DNA of 64,000 bases, from the NCBI GenBank assembly GCA_965262915.1, contig OZ253564.1, positions 1,664,001 through 1,728,000 on the forward strand, given 5' to 3'. The position numbers and the translations under genes are program-made. The stretch comes from Candidatus Spongiisociaceae bacterium (GTDB taxonomy: Bacteria > Actinomycetota > Acidimicrobiia > Spongiisociales > Spongiisociaceae). The notes beneath the pieces were generated by a model. The model searched no databases. It was given only the letters and a program-made list of their open reading frames with translations, and was not told the DNA's origin. Position 1 is the stretch's first letter. Every line of letters begins with the position of its first letter. Below, piece after piece: positions 10,968-19,941 of the stretch.

Positions 10968-11099
10968 ATGTCCTAAACCGAGACATCAAACTGGATACTC
11001 AACTGGTGGCGTTGATCTCGCCGAAGGCTTCGGGCCTCTCAGATTGTCGGAGTAATGCCATGGGTGGAAATCCTAGATATGTGGGGAGACAAGAGCCAG

Positions 11100-11605
11100 A
11101 CGCGGGGAGTGGCCGAGTCGGCGGACGAACGGTGAGCAGGGGCTCGGGATACGGGCGAAACACCGATTCTCAGTCAGCGAGAGGAGGTGACAGATTCCGG
11201 CTGAGGAGGTGACAGACTCCTGGGACCCCTACCATTACCCCTGGTCGGGGGTGGTCGCGAAGACCCCACGCAGGGGTCCTCGCGTGTTACGGGGTGCTGA
11301 GTTCGCGGGTTAGGGCTGTTGGTGGGGGTTCTGGCCTGTTTCAGGGGTGTTCGGGTGTGTTTGGCCGGGGCGTGGGGGTGTGTGGCTGTGGTTACGGGGG
11401 TATGGCGGCCGCGACGGTTGGTTCTGGACGCGGTTGATTGGACGGGGTGGGTTCCTGTCAAAGATGAGCGGTAGGGGGTTGGTTTATGGGGGTGCGCGGG
11501 TGGGTGTGGACTGGCCTGGGCGTTGGGTTGGTGAGGCTGCGGTGGTGTCGGGGGTTGCCTGGTCGGCGCGGGCTGGGGTGGCATGGTTGCGGTTCTTGGG
11601 GCGGC
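11100..11605. repeat. Element-end copy A (leader + paired direct repeats + palindromes + GT-rich tail + last ~40 transposase codons)
   Basis: GAGGAGGTGACAGA x2 at 11181/11203; CCCCTGGTCGGGG; CGCGAAGACCCC stem; minus strand reads RPKNRNHAT...PTRAPP* like the 12907 transposase end. Confidence 0.9.
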
Positions 11606-11693
11606 TGGCCCGGTGTGCGCGACTTGTGTAGCCAAAGTAAGGTATTACGAGAGGGCCGACAAAGCCGCCCCCGGCGAAGGGAAGCACCCGGGC

Positions 11694-12074
11694 ATGGCCA
11701 CAACATCCACCGAACGGCTCCGCGACCTGGACGTGTACACCCACGACGACGGACGGCGGTACGTGTTCGACATGCGGATACCCCCCGGCGACACGCAAGA
11801 TGTGACCCGTGTCGAACCCCGCCCTGGTTTGAGCGTCTGGGTGGAGTTCCGGAGCGGCGCCCGCGGGACTGTCGATCTGTCCGACATCGCCGACGCGACG
11901 CCGAAGGTTGCGGAGCTGTGGTCGGACAGGGACTACTTCGAGACCGTCCACGTCGCGGACGGGGGGGTGGCGTGGGAGAGCGACCTTTACGATATCAGTC
12001 CGATGGTCCTGTACATGCGGGTCACGGGCAAACAGTTGGACGAAGTGTTCCCGCAGGTCAGATTCCTGGACTGA
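11694..12074 (+). CDS. DUF2442-family antitoxin-like protein
   Basis: VTRVEPRPGLSVWVEFRSG...GGVAWESDLYDISPMVLY pattern; RBS GAAGGGAAG. Confidence 0.75.
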   Translation: MATTSTERLRDLDVYTHDDGRRYVFDMRIPPGDTQDVTRVEPRPGLSVWVEFRSGARGTVDLSDIADATPKVAELWSDRDYFETVHVADGGVAWESDLYDISPMVLYMRVTGKQLDEVFPQVRFLD

Positions 12075-12358
12075 TGCCACGCATCTCCGAGTTCTACGGC
12101 ATCAAGATACGCATTTTCTACAGGGAACCGCACTGGCTGCCCCATTTCCAAGCCCGCCACGCAGGCAAAACGATAAGTGTCAACATCAAGACTATGGAAG
12201 TGCTCAGCGGGGCCGTTGGTAGGGGCCGGTTCGACGTAACCGCGTTGGACCATGTCATGGAGTGGGGCTGGCTTCACCAGCAGGAGCTGCTAGACGCATG
12301 GGAGGACGCCCGCCAGGGTCGTCCCCTACCCTGGATAGAACCACTCCCGGGCGGGTAA
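12074..12358 (+). CDS. DUF4160-family protein (TA partner of DUF2442)
   Basis: MPRISEFYGIKIRIFYREPHWLPHFQA...EWGWLHQQELLDAWE; TGATG coupling. Confidence 0.85.
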   Translation: MPRISEFYGIKIRIFYREPHWLPHFQARHAGKTISVNIKTMEVLSGAVGRGRFDVTALDHVMEWGWLHQQELLDAWEDARQGRPLPWIEPLPGG

Positions 12359-12906
12359 CAGGACATCCAGTTCCCCCGGTTACGGGATGCCCCGTCGCGC
12401 GGCGAACGACGGGAGTTCAACGAATCGTCAACACCAGCCGCGGACCGCCCGCAGGGTCGCAGGTTTCCCGCAGCTAAGGCCGGCGGGTCACGGACGAAAC
12501 CGGGAAGCCGCGCAGACTTAAGGGCAGGGCGCCGCTCTACGGCATCGACCCCGCCTGTAAACGGCGGGGCCACGCCCGGCTAGGCCGTTCGATTCTCAGC
12601 CAGCGAGGAGGAGACAGATTCCGGCTGAGGAGGAGACAGACTCCCCGGACCCCTACCATCACGCCTGGTCAGGGGTGGTCGCGAAGACCCCACAGCGGGG
12701 TCTTCGCGTGTTGGGCCTGTGTTAGTTCGCGGGTTAGGGGTGTTGGTGGGGGTTCTGGCCTGTTTTCGGGGTGTTCGGGTGTGTTTGGCCGGTGTTCGGG
12801 GGTGTGTGGCGGTGGTTGCGGGTGGTGTTGGCCGCGACGGCCGGTTCTGGACGCGTTTGGTTTGACGGGTGGGGTTCCCGTCAGCGGGGAGCGGTAGGGG
12901 GTTGGT

Positions 12907-14697
12907 TTATGGGGGTGCTCGGGTGGGTGTGAGCTGGCCTGGGCGTTGGGTTGGTGCGTCTGGTGGGGTGGTGTCGGGGTTCGTCTGTTCGGCGTGGTCC
13001 GCTGTGGCATGGTTGCGGTTCTTGGGGCGGCGGGTTCTTCCGGTTTGTTCGAGGTTGTGGATGACGGCTGCCATGAGCGCGGCGAGTGTGTGGGGAGCGA
13101 GACCGAACGCGCGGCAGGAGTCCTTCTCTAGGCTGCCGTCGTCTTTGATCATGCCGTTGACGCCTTCGACGGGGTTGCGTCCGGCGTAGTCGGTTGCCCA
13201 CTTCGTGGTGCCGTAGGCGTTGCGCTGGTGGTTGTCGAGTTCGTCGACACCGAGGGTGATCATCCCGTCGCAGCAGGTTTCCCTGTCGGCGACGGCGGTG
13301 ACGGGCAGGGGGGTGCGGCGTTTGCGGCGGTTGGCCCGTTCGGATTTGCGGGTTTTGGCTGTGCTTCTGACTTTGCCTGCGCATTGGGGGCATATGATCT
13401 TCTTCCGCCCGTCGGGGAAGCGTCCGATGACTACCCATGCGTATTTGGCTCGTTCGTCGAACCATTCTTGGCGGTCGGTTCCGGTCAGCCCGTCGGATGG
13501 GCTGAGTAGGTGTTCTGGTGTCCATTCGACGAGAGGGGTGCCACAGTTCACATAGATGGGGGTGTTGTTTCTGCCTGCGGTGATGAGCTTGACGCCTCCC
13601 TGTTTGTCTTTGGCCTGGTTCATTACGATCTCCCAGCCGTGTTCATGTAGGGGCCGGACGAAGGTCGTTTTCTTGGCGGTGTAGTGCTGGTCGGCTTTCA
13701 CGACTTCGACGCGGGGTGCTAGCTGCTTCGCTTTGGTGGCTACCTGATATCCGATGGGTCCGACGTGTTGGTCGGCGGCTGCGAGGACCATCGAGACAAT
13801 GTACGGGGAGACAGGCTCCTGCCGTTTGCCCCGGATGGAGGCGCGTACTGCAACGGCTAGATGAGCGAAGTAGCCGTTGAACCCCCCGGCTGGGTATTTC
13901 GACGTTGCGCTGCGGCGGCCGGAGCCGTCTTCGACGTCCTTGGTGTGTTGGATCTTGCCGTTGAGCTTGAAGATCGTTTCAGGGGGTATGCGGCCGGCGT
14001 CGATCTCTGACTGGCGTGTGAAGTCGGTGGTGCGTGCCCAGGTTTGGTAGTCGGTGCCGTCGAGGGCGATCTCGGAGACCTTGCTAGCGACCCATTTGGG
14101 AATCGACGGCCCGAGGAAGCGGTCGACCATCCATTGCAGATCGATGCGGGTCCCGTCGGCTGTTTCCGCTCCGTCGCGGAGGAAGCGTTCGATGCGGTGG
14201 GCCTGACGCCAGACGAGGTTGTAGGACACGAGCGAGTCGCCACTGTCGGGATCCAGCAGACCCCATTCCACCGCGACTGCAGCGTCGAGACCCGAGACAA
14301 CCTCGCACAACGTAGTCCGCTTGTAGCTGCCTTGGTGCCGAGCGGCGAGGAGCATGACCGTAAGGATCATCCGGGTAGAGAGCACGGGCTGTTCCCCCGG
14401 ATGGGCACGCAGGACCTCGTCTATGCGCTTGCAGACTCCGGTGTTGCCCACGTACTGATACATGCGCCGGGCGCTGAAGGCGGCAGTGAGTATCGGTCCC
14501 CGGCGGCGGATTCCCTCCTCGGCGGTATCCCCCCAGATGTGGTCACCCGACCGACCTGTTTCGTGGTCGTCGGCGCTGGGATGGTCTCTGGGTAGTCTCC
14601 TCTGAGCGTTCAGCTCGTACAGCCGGGCCGGTTCCGGGATGCCCTTCTTGGCGTACCGGTCGCGGCAGCGGCGGGCAGCCCGGGCCGTGCTGCTCAC
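12907..14697 (-). CDS. DDE transposase (IS4/IS5/IS1182-like RNase H fold) with Cys-rich insertion
   Basis: IALDGTD, VKADQHYT and YAGRNPVEGVNGMIK (Y-2-R-3-E-6-K signature); CPQC...CC; low-complexity P/T/R tail. Confidence 0.8.
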   Translation of the reverse strand: MSSTARAARRCRDRYAKKGIPEPARLYELNAQRRLPRDHPSADDHETGRSGDHIWGDTAEEGIRRRGPILTAAFSARRMYQYVGNTGVCKRIDEVLRAHPGEQPVLSTRMILTVMLLAARHQGSYKRTTLCEVVSGLDAAVAVEWGLLDPDSGDSLVSYNLVWRQAHRIERFLRDGAETADGTRIDLQWMVDRFLGPSIPKWVASKVSEIALDGTDYQTWARTTDFTRQSEIDAGRIPPETIFKLNGKIQHTKDVEDGSGRRSATSKYPAGGFNGYFAHLAVAVRASIRGKRQEPVSPYIVSMVLAAADQHVGPIGYQVATKAKQLAPRVEVVKADQHYTAKKTTFVRPLHEHGWEIVMNQAKDKQGGVKLITAGRNNTPIYVNCGTPLVEWTPEHLLSPSDGLTGTDRQEWFDERAKYAWVVIGRFPDGRKKIICPQCAGKVRSTAKTRKSERANRRKRRTPLPVTAVADRETCCDGMITLGVDELDNHQRNAYGTTKWATDYAGRNPVEGVNGMIKDDGSLEKDSCRAFGLAPHTLAALMAAVIHNLEQTGRTRRPKNRNHATADHAEQTNPDTTPPDAPTQRPGQLTPTRAPP

Positions 14698-15647
14698 GCT
14701 CTCAACCCTTCGAGGGCGGCTTCTACCGGATCGAGGTCAGCGGCCGCAGCTGCCAGCAGCGCGGTGAGGGTGTCACCCGACAACGGACCGGCGATCCGGC
14801 GCAGCGCCGACAGGGAAGTACCCGCGTGTAGGTGGGCGACCAGCCATGTGGAACGGGCACGCCGCACCGAAAGGGTACGGCCACTGATCCCAACCTGCCG
14901 ACACAACATGTACACAGCGGTGCGATGCGTCGCCGAAACGAACCGTTCGCCGTCGGCCAGCTCCACAGCTTCGCGTACGAGGGATGTGTAATCGTGGCGT
15001 ATCGGCACCATGCGCGGATGCGTGCCCCCGACCCGTATACCGAGCCGGTCGTTTCCGAGGTTGACCAGATCGCCGGTCTCGGCTGCTGCGACCGCCGGAC
15101 TGAGCAGACCCGCCCCGAGAGTGGCAGCGACCACCCAGCGACGGCCCGCGGGCTCCACCCGGGCCGGCAAACGTGCCGACAGCCGGAACACTGCCTCATC
15201 TCCCGGCGTATACGGGCTCGACGGGGGTATGCGCCCGATCGGTTCCCCAACAGGGGCCTCGACCCAGCCGTCCGGGAACACAGCCCGCCCCACCCGGCGT
15301 AGAATCCACCTGGTGTGGCGCCGCCACACCACACTCTTATGAGCGTTCGCTTCGAACGCCCAGTACTCCACGTTGGCGGGACACAACATCCGGACATCCA
15401 CCGTGGCAGACACCCCGAATGTCCAGGCAGCGAACTGCGACGTAACGCGAAGCATCTCGCGGACCATCGAAACGGTATCCGGGTGAGCAGCCGCAACCCA
15501 GCAACGTACCGTCGGCCATACCAGCGTTTCGAGGTCTCCGCTGTCATCCGGATAGGTGTCCCAAACCGGTGGGCGCCACAACGACAGCCTCGCCAGCACG
15601 TCAGGAACCAGATCGGCAGATAGCGGAGCCCGGGTGAAGCAGGTCAC
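14694..15647 (-). CDS. Tyrosine recombinase/integrase-fold protein, catalytic residues apparently substituted
   Basis: SSPYT, LGAGLLSPAV (box I, R->L), PRMVPI, LSVRRARSTWLVAHL (box II), AGPLSGDTLTALL (no Tyr); GTGA overlap with the transposase. Confidence 0.7.
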   Translation of the reverse strand: MTCFTRAPLSADLVPDVLARLSLWRPPVWDTYPDDSGDLETLVWPTVRCWVAAAHPDTVSMVREMLRVTSQFAAWTFGVSATVDVRMLCPANVEYWAFEANAHKSVVWRRHTRWILRRVGRAVFPDGWVEAPVGEPIGRIPPSSPYTPGDEAVFRLSARLPARVEPAGRRWVVAATLGAGLLSPAVAAAETGDLVNLGNDRLGIRVGGTHPRMVPIRHDYTSLVREAVELADGERFVSATHRTAVYMLCRQVGISGRTLSVRRARSTWLVAHLHAGTSLSALRRIAGPLSGDTLTALLAAAAADLDPVEAALEGLRA

Positions 15648-15715
15648 AGCCGCGACCTTGACCGTGGGGAGGCGGTCTGCCGCAGCCAGGGCAGCCGCAT
15701 CACGGCCTCGTGTTG

Positions 15716-15812
15716 TATACTATACTGCACAAGAAGCCCCCCAGTGGGTGTAAGGCCCGCGGTGCTCAGAGTTTTGTCAGAACCGTTTGAGCACCGTGGG
15801 CTCTTCTGTTTT
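15716..15812 (+). ncRNA. Putative small antisense/leader RNA (copy 2)
   Basis: TATACTATACT 15716-15726; stem GCCCGCGGTGCTCA/TGAGCACCGTGGGC 15755-15801 then TCTTCTGTTTT. Confidence 0.45.
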
Positions 15813-15922
15813 CGGCGCCGCCCTGTAAAAAGCACGCAAGGCCCTTCGCATGGCAGATCACGAAATAGCAGCCGCTGAACGGATCGTGGACGACAACTTT
15901 GATGAGATGCTGGAAGGGTGGT

Positions 15923-16519
15923 ATGACCATTTTCAACGATGATCTGGCAGTCGCCCAGTTAGAAGTCACCGACAGCGCGATACGTGTCTGGCTGAACGAC
16001 GGCAGAACGCTGACTGTTCCCGTTGGATGGTTCCCCGACCTAGAATCCACCGACCCCTTACAGTGGGGTCGGTGGATTCCGACAGGTTCGGGGGTTCGCT
16101 GGCCGGATCTCGGCGTGGAAACCAAGTTGGGGGATTTGCTGGCGGATAGCCCACTCCAGCATCCCGAAGGGATCGACCATGCCCGTCTAGCCAACGTGGA
16201 CGTGACCAACCGTAGTCTCTGCGTCTGGTTAAACGATGGCAGAACGCTGACTGTCCCGCTCTGGTGGTTTCCCCGCCTATGCGACGGCACACCCGAAGAA
16301 CGGAACGGGTGGCATATCAGAGACGGCGGAACCGATATCGTTTGGAAAGATCTGGACGAAGTGTATTACCTAGAAGATCTGTTAGCTGGGGGCTGGTCGC
16401 GGGAATCAGCTCGGTCGCTGGGTCGGTGGCTGCTCGCCCGCAGAGAAGGCCGACCCGTCGCCGCCTACCAGATTTCCAAGTTCCATAAGAGTATGCCCCA
16501 GCCAGAACCGTTGACCTAA
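15923..16519 (+). CDS. Tandem double-DUF2442 antitoxin-like protein
   Basis: VWLNDGRTLTVP(V/L)(G/W)WFP occurs twice, also repeated at DNA level. Confidence 0.8.
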   Translation: MTIFNDDLAVAQLEVTDSAIRVWLNDGRTLTVPVGWFPDLESTDPLQWGRWIPTGSGVRWPDLGVETKLGDLLADSPLQHPEGIDHARLANVDVTNRSLCVWLNDGRTLTVPLWWFPRLCDGTPEERNGWHIRDGGTDIVWKDLDEVYYLEDLLAGGWSRESARSLGRWLLARREGRPVAAYQISKFHKSMPQPEPLT

Positions 16520-16830
16520 CGGGAGAATACTCATCGCTACGCCGCCCACCACCATCAGGTGGACCGACTCTGGTGGGGCTGCGAACAGGTTGCGGCTAGG
16601 CGACGTGAGAAGCCTGTCTAACTGCTTATCTAGTTCAGGGAACAGAACCCTTAGCAGGGTACGCTGATCGAAGGTTTGTGACAACGGGCCGCTCTTTTAA
16701 GAGTTCTGTGCTTCTCTGGCGGCGTGCGCTGCGCGGAGCCGGGCGAACACATCCTTTTTATATTCCAGCATGTCGGCTTCGTAGTAGACGCCGTGTTTAG
16801 CGCAGGCGGGCGGCGCAAGCGCCCGACGGG
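16516..16830 (-). pseudogene. Fragment of an antitoxin C-terminus + nucleotidyltransferase (DUF6036-like) N-terminus
   Basis: RRALAPPACAKHGVYYEADMLE resembles the end of 24194-24682; FDQRTLLRVLFPELD...HLMVVGGVAM resembles the start of 24686-25225. Confidence 0.5.
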
Positions 16831-17590
16831 GATCCACGCGGGAATCACCGCCATCATCTCCCGTGCCCGAACAGCGGCAGTCGCGTAATCATGCTTTCCG
16901 ATAGCGTTCTGCATCTCGGACATGGACCCGAAGTACGCGTCCGTCGCGGCTGTCGGGGGTTCCCTGAACGCACCGCCAGAACCGAGATCGGACTCCGACG
17001 CCACCTGAAGGGTGGCCGCGTCCTTCTGTAGCAACGCGCCGAGCTTCGTGGAATCACTAGTACTCATACACGACGTCCAGTCGACGAGGCGGGTTCCAGC
17101 CATATGACCCTCCCCGCTGGTATCTCCTTCCACGGCCCGACGTCAGAAGCGCTTGCCTTCGTATCGCACGGCCCCCCACCTGGACAACATCGCCATCTGA
17201 CCTCCGGCCACCTACTTCGATCACTTCTACCTCCCCTGCTCAGCGGCAGCCGTGACGCTTCCGCCGCCGCTCCATGCCCATCTGGCAATTGATACCAACT
17301 GGGCCGCTGGCGATCAGCAACTAACCGTACCGGGCTAGCCGCGGGATGCGGGCAGGGCTCCCGCCTAGGCCGCCGGGGGGTCAATGTCAGCTCCACGTAT
17401 GAAGGTGCCTTACGCGGACCGGGACGGCGTACTGGTTCACGCGTCGCAGGTGGAGCGGGGTTGGGCGTGCGGATGCGTCTGTGTCGGGCACCAAGACCAG
17501 ACCTCATTTCGCTCATCACGCTGGTGCGGGGGATTGTGACGGGAGTGTGGAACCCGTCTGGTAGCTAGAAGGGCGTTGGCCGCTGTCTCG

Positions 17591-18053
17591 GCGACTGAGA
17601 AGAGGAGACAGACTCCCGGGACCCCTACCATTACCCCTGGTCAGGGGTGGTCGCGAAGACCCCACAGAGGGGTCTTCGCGTGTTATGGGCTGTTGAGTTC
17701 GCGGGTTAGGTGGTTTGGTCGGGTTCTTGGGTGGTTTCGGGGGTCTTAGAGCCGGTTTCGGCGGTGTTCGTGGTGGTTGTGGCGCCGGTTATGGGTGCTG
17801 GTGGTTTTGGTGGCTGGTTCTGGACGCGTCTGGTTCGACGGGTGCGTTCCCGTCAAGGATGAGCGGTAGGGGGTTGGTTTATGGGGGTGCGCGGGTGGGT
17901 GTGGACTGGCCTGGGCGTTGGGTTGGTGAGGCTGCGGTGGTGTCGGGGGTTGCCTGGTCGGCGCGGCCTGGGGTGCTTGGGTTGTCCTTCTCGGGGCTCC
18001 GGGTTCGTCGGGTTTGTTTGAGGTTGTGGATGACGGCGGCGGCGAGTGTGTGG
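17591..18053. repeat. Element-end copy C (one direct-repeat unit, palindromes, tail, ~55 transposase C-terminal codons)
   Basis: GAGGAGACAGACTCCCGGGACCCCTACCATTACCCCTGGTCAGGGGTGGTCGCGAAGACCCCACAGAGGGGTCTTCGCG; minus strand HTLAAAVIHNL...PTRAPP*. Confidence 0.9.
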
Positions 18054-18075
18054 CTGTTACCGCCCTAGAGTCGGG

Positions 18076-18366
18076 TCATCGGAGCATCCGGTCAACGTCC
18101 CTGCGAATCTCCGCTACGTAGGCATCGTCCGCGAGGCGGCTCTTGGCAATTTCCATTATCTGTATTGGCCTGCGGCGCGCGTTCTGCTGATGGCGCATCT
18201 TCTTATCTCCGGTGATCACCAACGCGAACCCGTCATCGACGGCTTTGTCCAACATCGCCCCGTTGGACAAAGCCTTCCAACCCATGTAGTCGACCGTATA
18301 GGTTTCGTAGTCAGGGAACAGGTGACGCAGGCGAATATCCAGGTCTTCGTCTATCAGGATCTTCAC
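18076..18366 (-). CDS. DUF5615/PIN-like toxin (VapC45-like)
   Basis: MKILIDEDL...MGWKALSNGAMLDKA...VITGDKKMRHQQN. Confidence 0.85.
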   Translation of the reverse strand: MKILIDEDLDIRLRHLFPDYETYTVDYMGWKALSNGAMLDKAVDDGFALVITGDKKMRHQQNARRRPIQIMEIAKSRLADDAYVAEIRRDVDRMLR

Positions 18367-18371
18367 AGGGA

Positions 18372-18959
18372 TTATCCCAGCGGTCCCTGGTAGCCCTGAT
18401 CCGCGGCGTGGCGCAACACCGCTTCGACGTGTTCGTAGTCCACGTCGTATGTGTCGCTGAACTCGCGGGCTGTTCTCCCTGCCTTCAGGAAGTCGAACAA
18501 CGCTTCGACGGGGTGCCAGGTGCCCGCGAACGTGGGCTCCGGCGGGGGTGTGAACCCCACGAAGTGGACGCCTGGCACGTCGGTCACGCAGGTGAGTTCC
18601 ACGAAGGGGCAGCCTGTCAGATCGACCGTGCCCACCGGCGGGTCGCTGGTCATGTAGTCGTAGACAGCCCTGACAGGTTCCGTATCTATCAGGTGAGCGT
18701 CAGGGAAGGTGTCCAGGGTGCCGCCGCCTGTGGTCAGCCAGTCGACCAGGGTGTCCGCTGGGATACGACGCCCGATAAAGGTTGCCTGACCGCCTTTCCG
18801 TCCGGGAACGTATTCGAGGGCCGCACAGCCCCGCCAGTCAACCATCCGGAGAACCATCGGGTCGTCGTGACGCTCCGCCCACGAACCAGCAGGAAGCTCA
18901 GACGGTGTGTCTTCGGCTGCTCCACTCGTGGTGCCCGAATGTAGCAATGTGTCGCTCAT
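18372..18959 (-). CDS. Double DUF433 antitoxin-like protein (copy 1)
   Basis: EYVPGRKGGQATFIGRRIP and FAGTWHPVEALFDFLKAGRTAREFSDTY: two DUF433-like units. Confidence 0.8.
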   Translation of the reverse strand: MSDTLLHSGTTSGAAEDTPSELPAGSWAERHDDPMVLRMVDWRGCAALEYVPGRKGGQATFIGRRIPADTLVDWLTTGGGTLDTFPDAHLIDTEPVRAVYDYMTSDPPVGTVDLTGCPFVELTCVTDVPGVHFVGFTPPPEPTFAGTWHPVEALFDFLKAGRTAREFSDTYDVDYEHVEAVLRHAADQGYQGPLG

Positions 18960-19045
18960 TAGCGTGCCCGACCTACTGTGGTTATCCGATAGAGAGTGTC
19001 TAGGCACATTCTACCCGAGAGGACGCTGCTGTGTAGCGTTCCTGC

Positions 19046-19510
19046 CCGTTCGATTCTCAGTTGGCGAGAGGAGGTGACAGATTCCGGCTGAGGAGGAGAC
19101 AGACCCGCAGGACCCCTACCATCACCCCTGGTCAGGGGTGGTCGCGAAGACCCCACGCAGGGATGTTCGCCACTTATGGGCTGTGATGTTCGCCACTTAT
19201 GGGCTGAGGGGGGTGTGGGCGCCGGTTTTGGGGTGTTCGGGGGGTGCCGGGTGGTGGTTCAGCGGGTTTCGCGGTGGGGTGGGGTGGTTCTTGCGGCCTG
19301 GGGTGGGGGTGGGTGATGTTCGGGACGTGGCGGGTCGGACCCTTCCGGGTCAGCGGTTTGTGGGGTTAGCCAGCCTGGGGTGGTGCCCTGCTGTGCTGGT
19401 TCGGGTTGTGTTCCGCTGGTAGCGGCGACTGTTCGACGGTTGCGTCGGTGATGTGTGGGGTGTGTTCGGGTGTACTGGTGGGGTCGGGCCGGGCGGCGGT
19501 TGTGGGGTAC
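19046..19510. repeat. Element-end copy D (core to ~19162, then 23-bp tandem duplication and a diverged GT-rich tail)
   Basis: CCGTTCGATTCTCAG...GAGGAGGTGACAGATTCCGGCTGAGGAGGAGACAGA...; GATGTTCGCCACTTATGGGCTG twice. Confidence 0.85.
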
Positions 19511-19654
19511 TAGAGTCGGGGATGAGCCCCCCTTTCGTGGGGTTGTAGGTCCGCGGCGCCCGTGCCCAGCCAAAGGTCAGGGCGTCGCGGATGCTTCTTA
19601 CGTGGCCTTCCCCTGCTGGGACGGCCGCTCTTATTCAACACACGACTGTGATTG

Positions 19655-19941
19655 TGTTTCCGCCAGCCCGTGACCTTCTCCGCCACGTCGGCGGGCAGGT
19701 CGGTGGACAGCGGAGACTTCGAGAAGCAGGTCACAGCAGCCGTCCCATCAACCAGATCCGATATCGAATCTCCGAACTCAAACGAAGGGTTCAGACCCAC
19801 CCGGGGATGCGGCCACAACCGACCAGAATCCAACTCCTCCCGCACACGAGCACGAACCCGACCGTCCCGCGGCCGCAGAAAACTCGTCGTATACGCACTG
19901 TACGTGTCAACAAGATCATCCCGCAACGCAAAAACGTCCAC
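19655..19941 (-). pseudogene. Chimeric remnant: N-terminus of a large DEAD/DEAH helicase fused to the N-terminus of a third Int-fold paralog
   Basis: MDVFALRDDLVDTYSAYTTSF...LWPHPRVGLNPSFE resembles DUF1998-type helicase starts; then VTCFSKSPLSTDLPADVAEKVTGWR matches MTCFTRAPLSADLVPDVLARLSLWR. Confidence 0.6.

Larger units (their letters stand above)
12569..15812 (-). mobile_element. Two-gene transposable element: Int-fold protein + DDE transposase, structured end at 12569-12906 (end copy B)
   Basis: Coupled ORFs; end sequence repeated six more times in the window; upstream hairpin unit conserved at 632-728; exact termini and TSD not resolved. Confidence 0.7.

Noticed and set aside
11100-11180. 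tRNA-like words (GGGGAGTGGCCGAGTCGG; GTTCGATTC in copies B, D, E; ATGGCCGAGTGGTTTA near 25369)
   Set aside because: No cloverleaf can be completed; acceptor and anticodon stems are missing.
11174-13525. Pro/Thr/His-rich and Gly/Val/Trp-rich ORFs over the GT-rich tails (e.g. 11174-11635, 12669-13010, 12881-13525)
   Set aside because: By-products of strand-skewed low-complexity sequence or alternative frames of the transposase.
14694-15647. Classical integron integrase with attC sites
   Set aside because: The protein lacks catalytic residues and any IntI-like features I can recognise; repeats lack RYYYAAC/GTTRRRY boxes.
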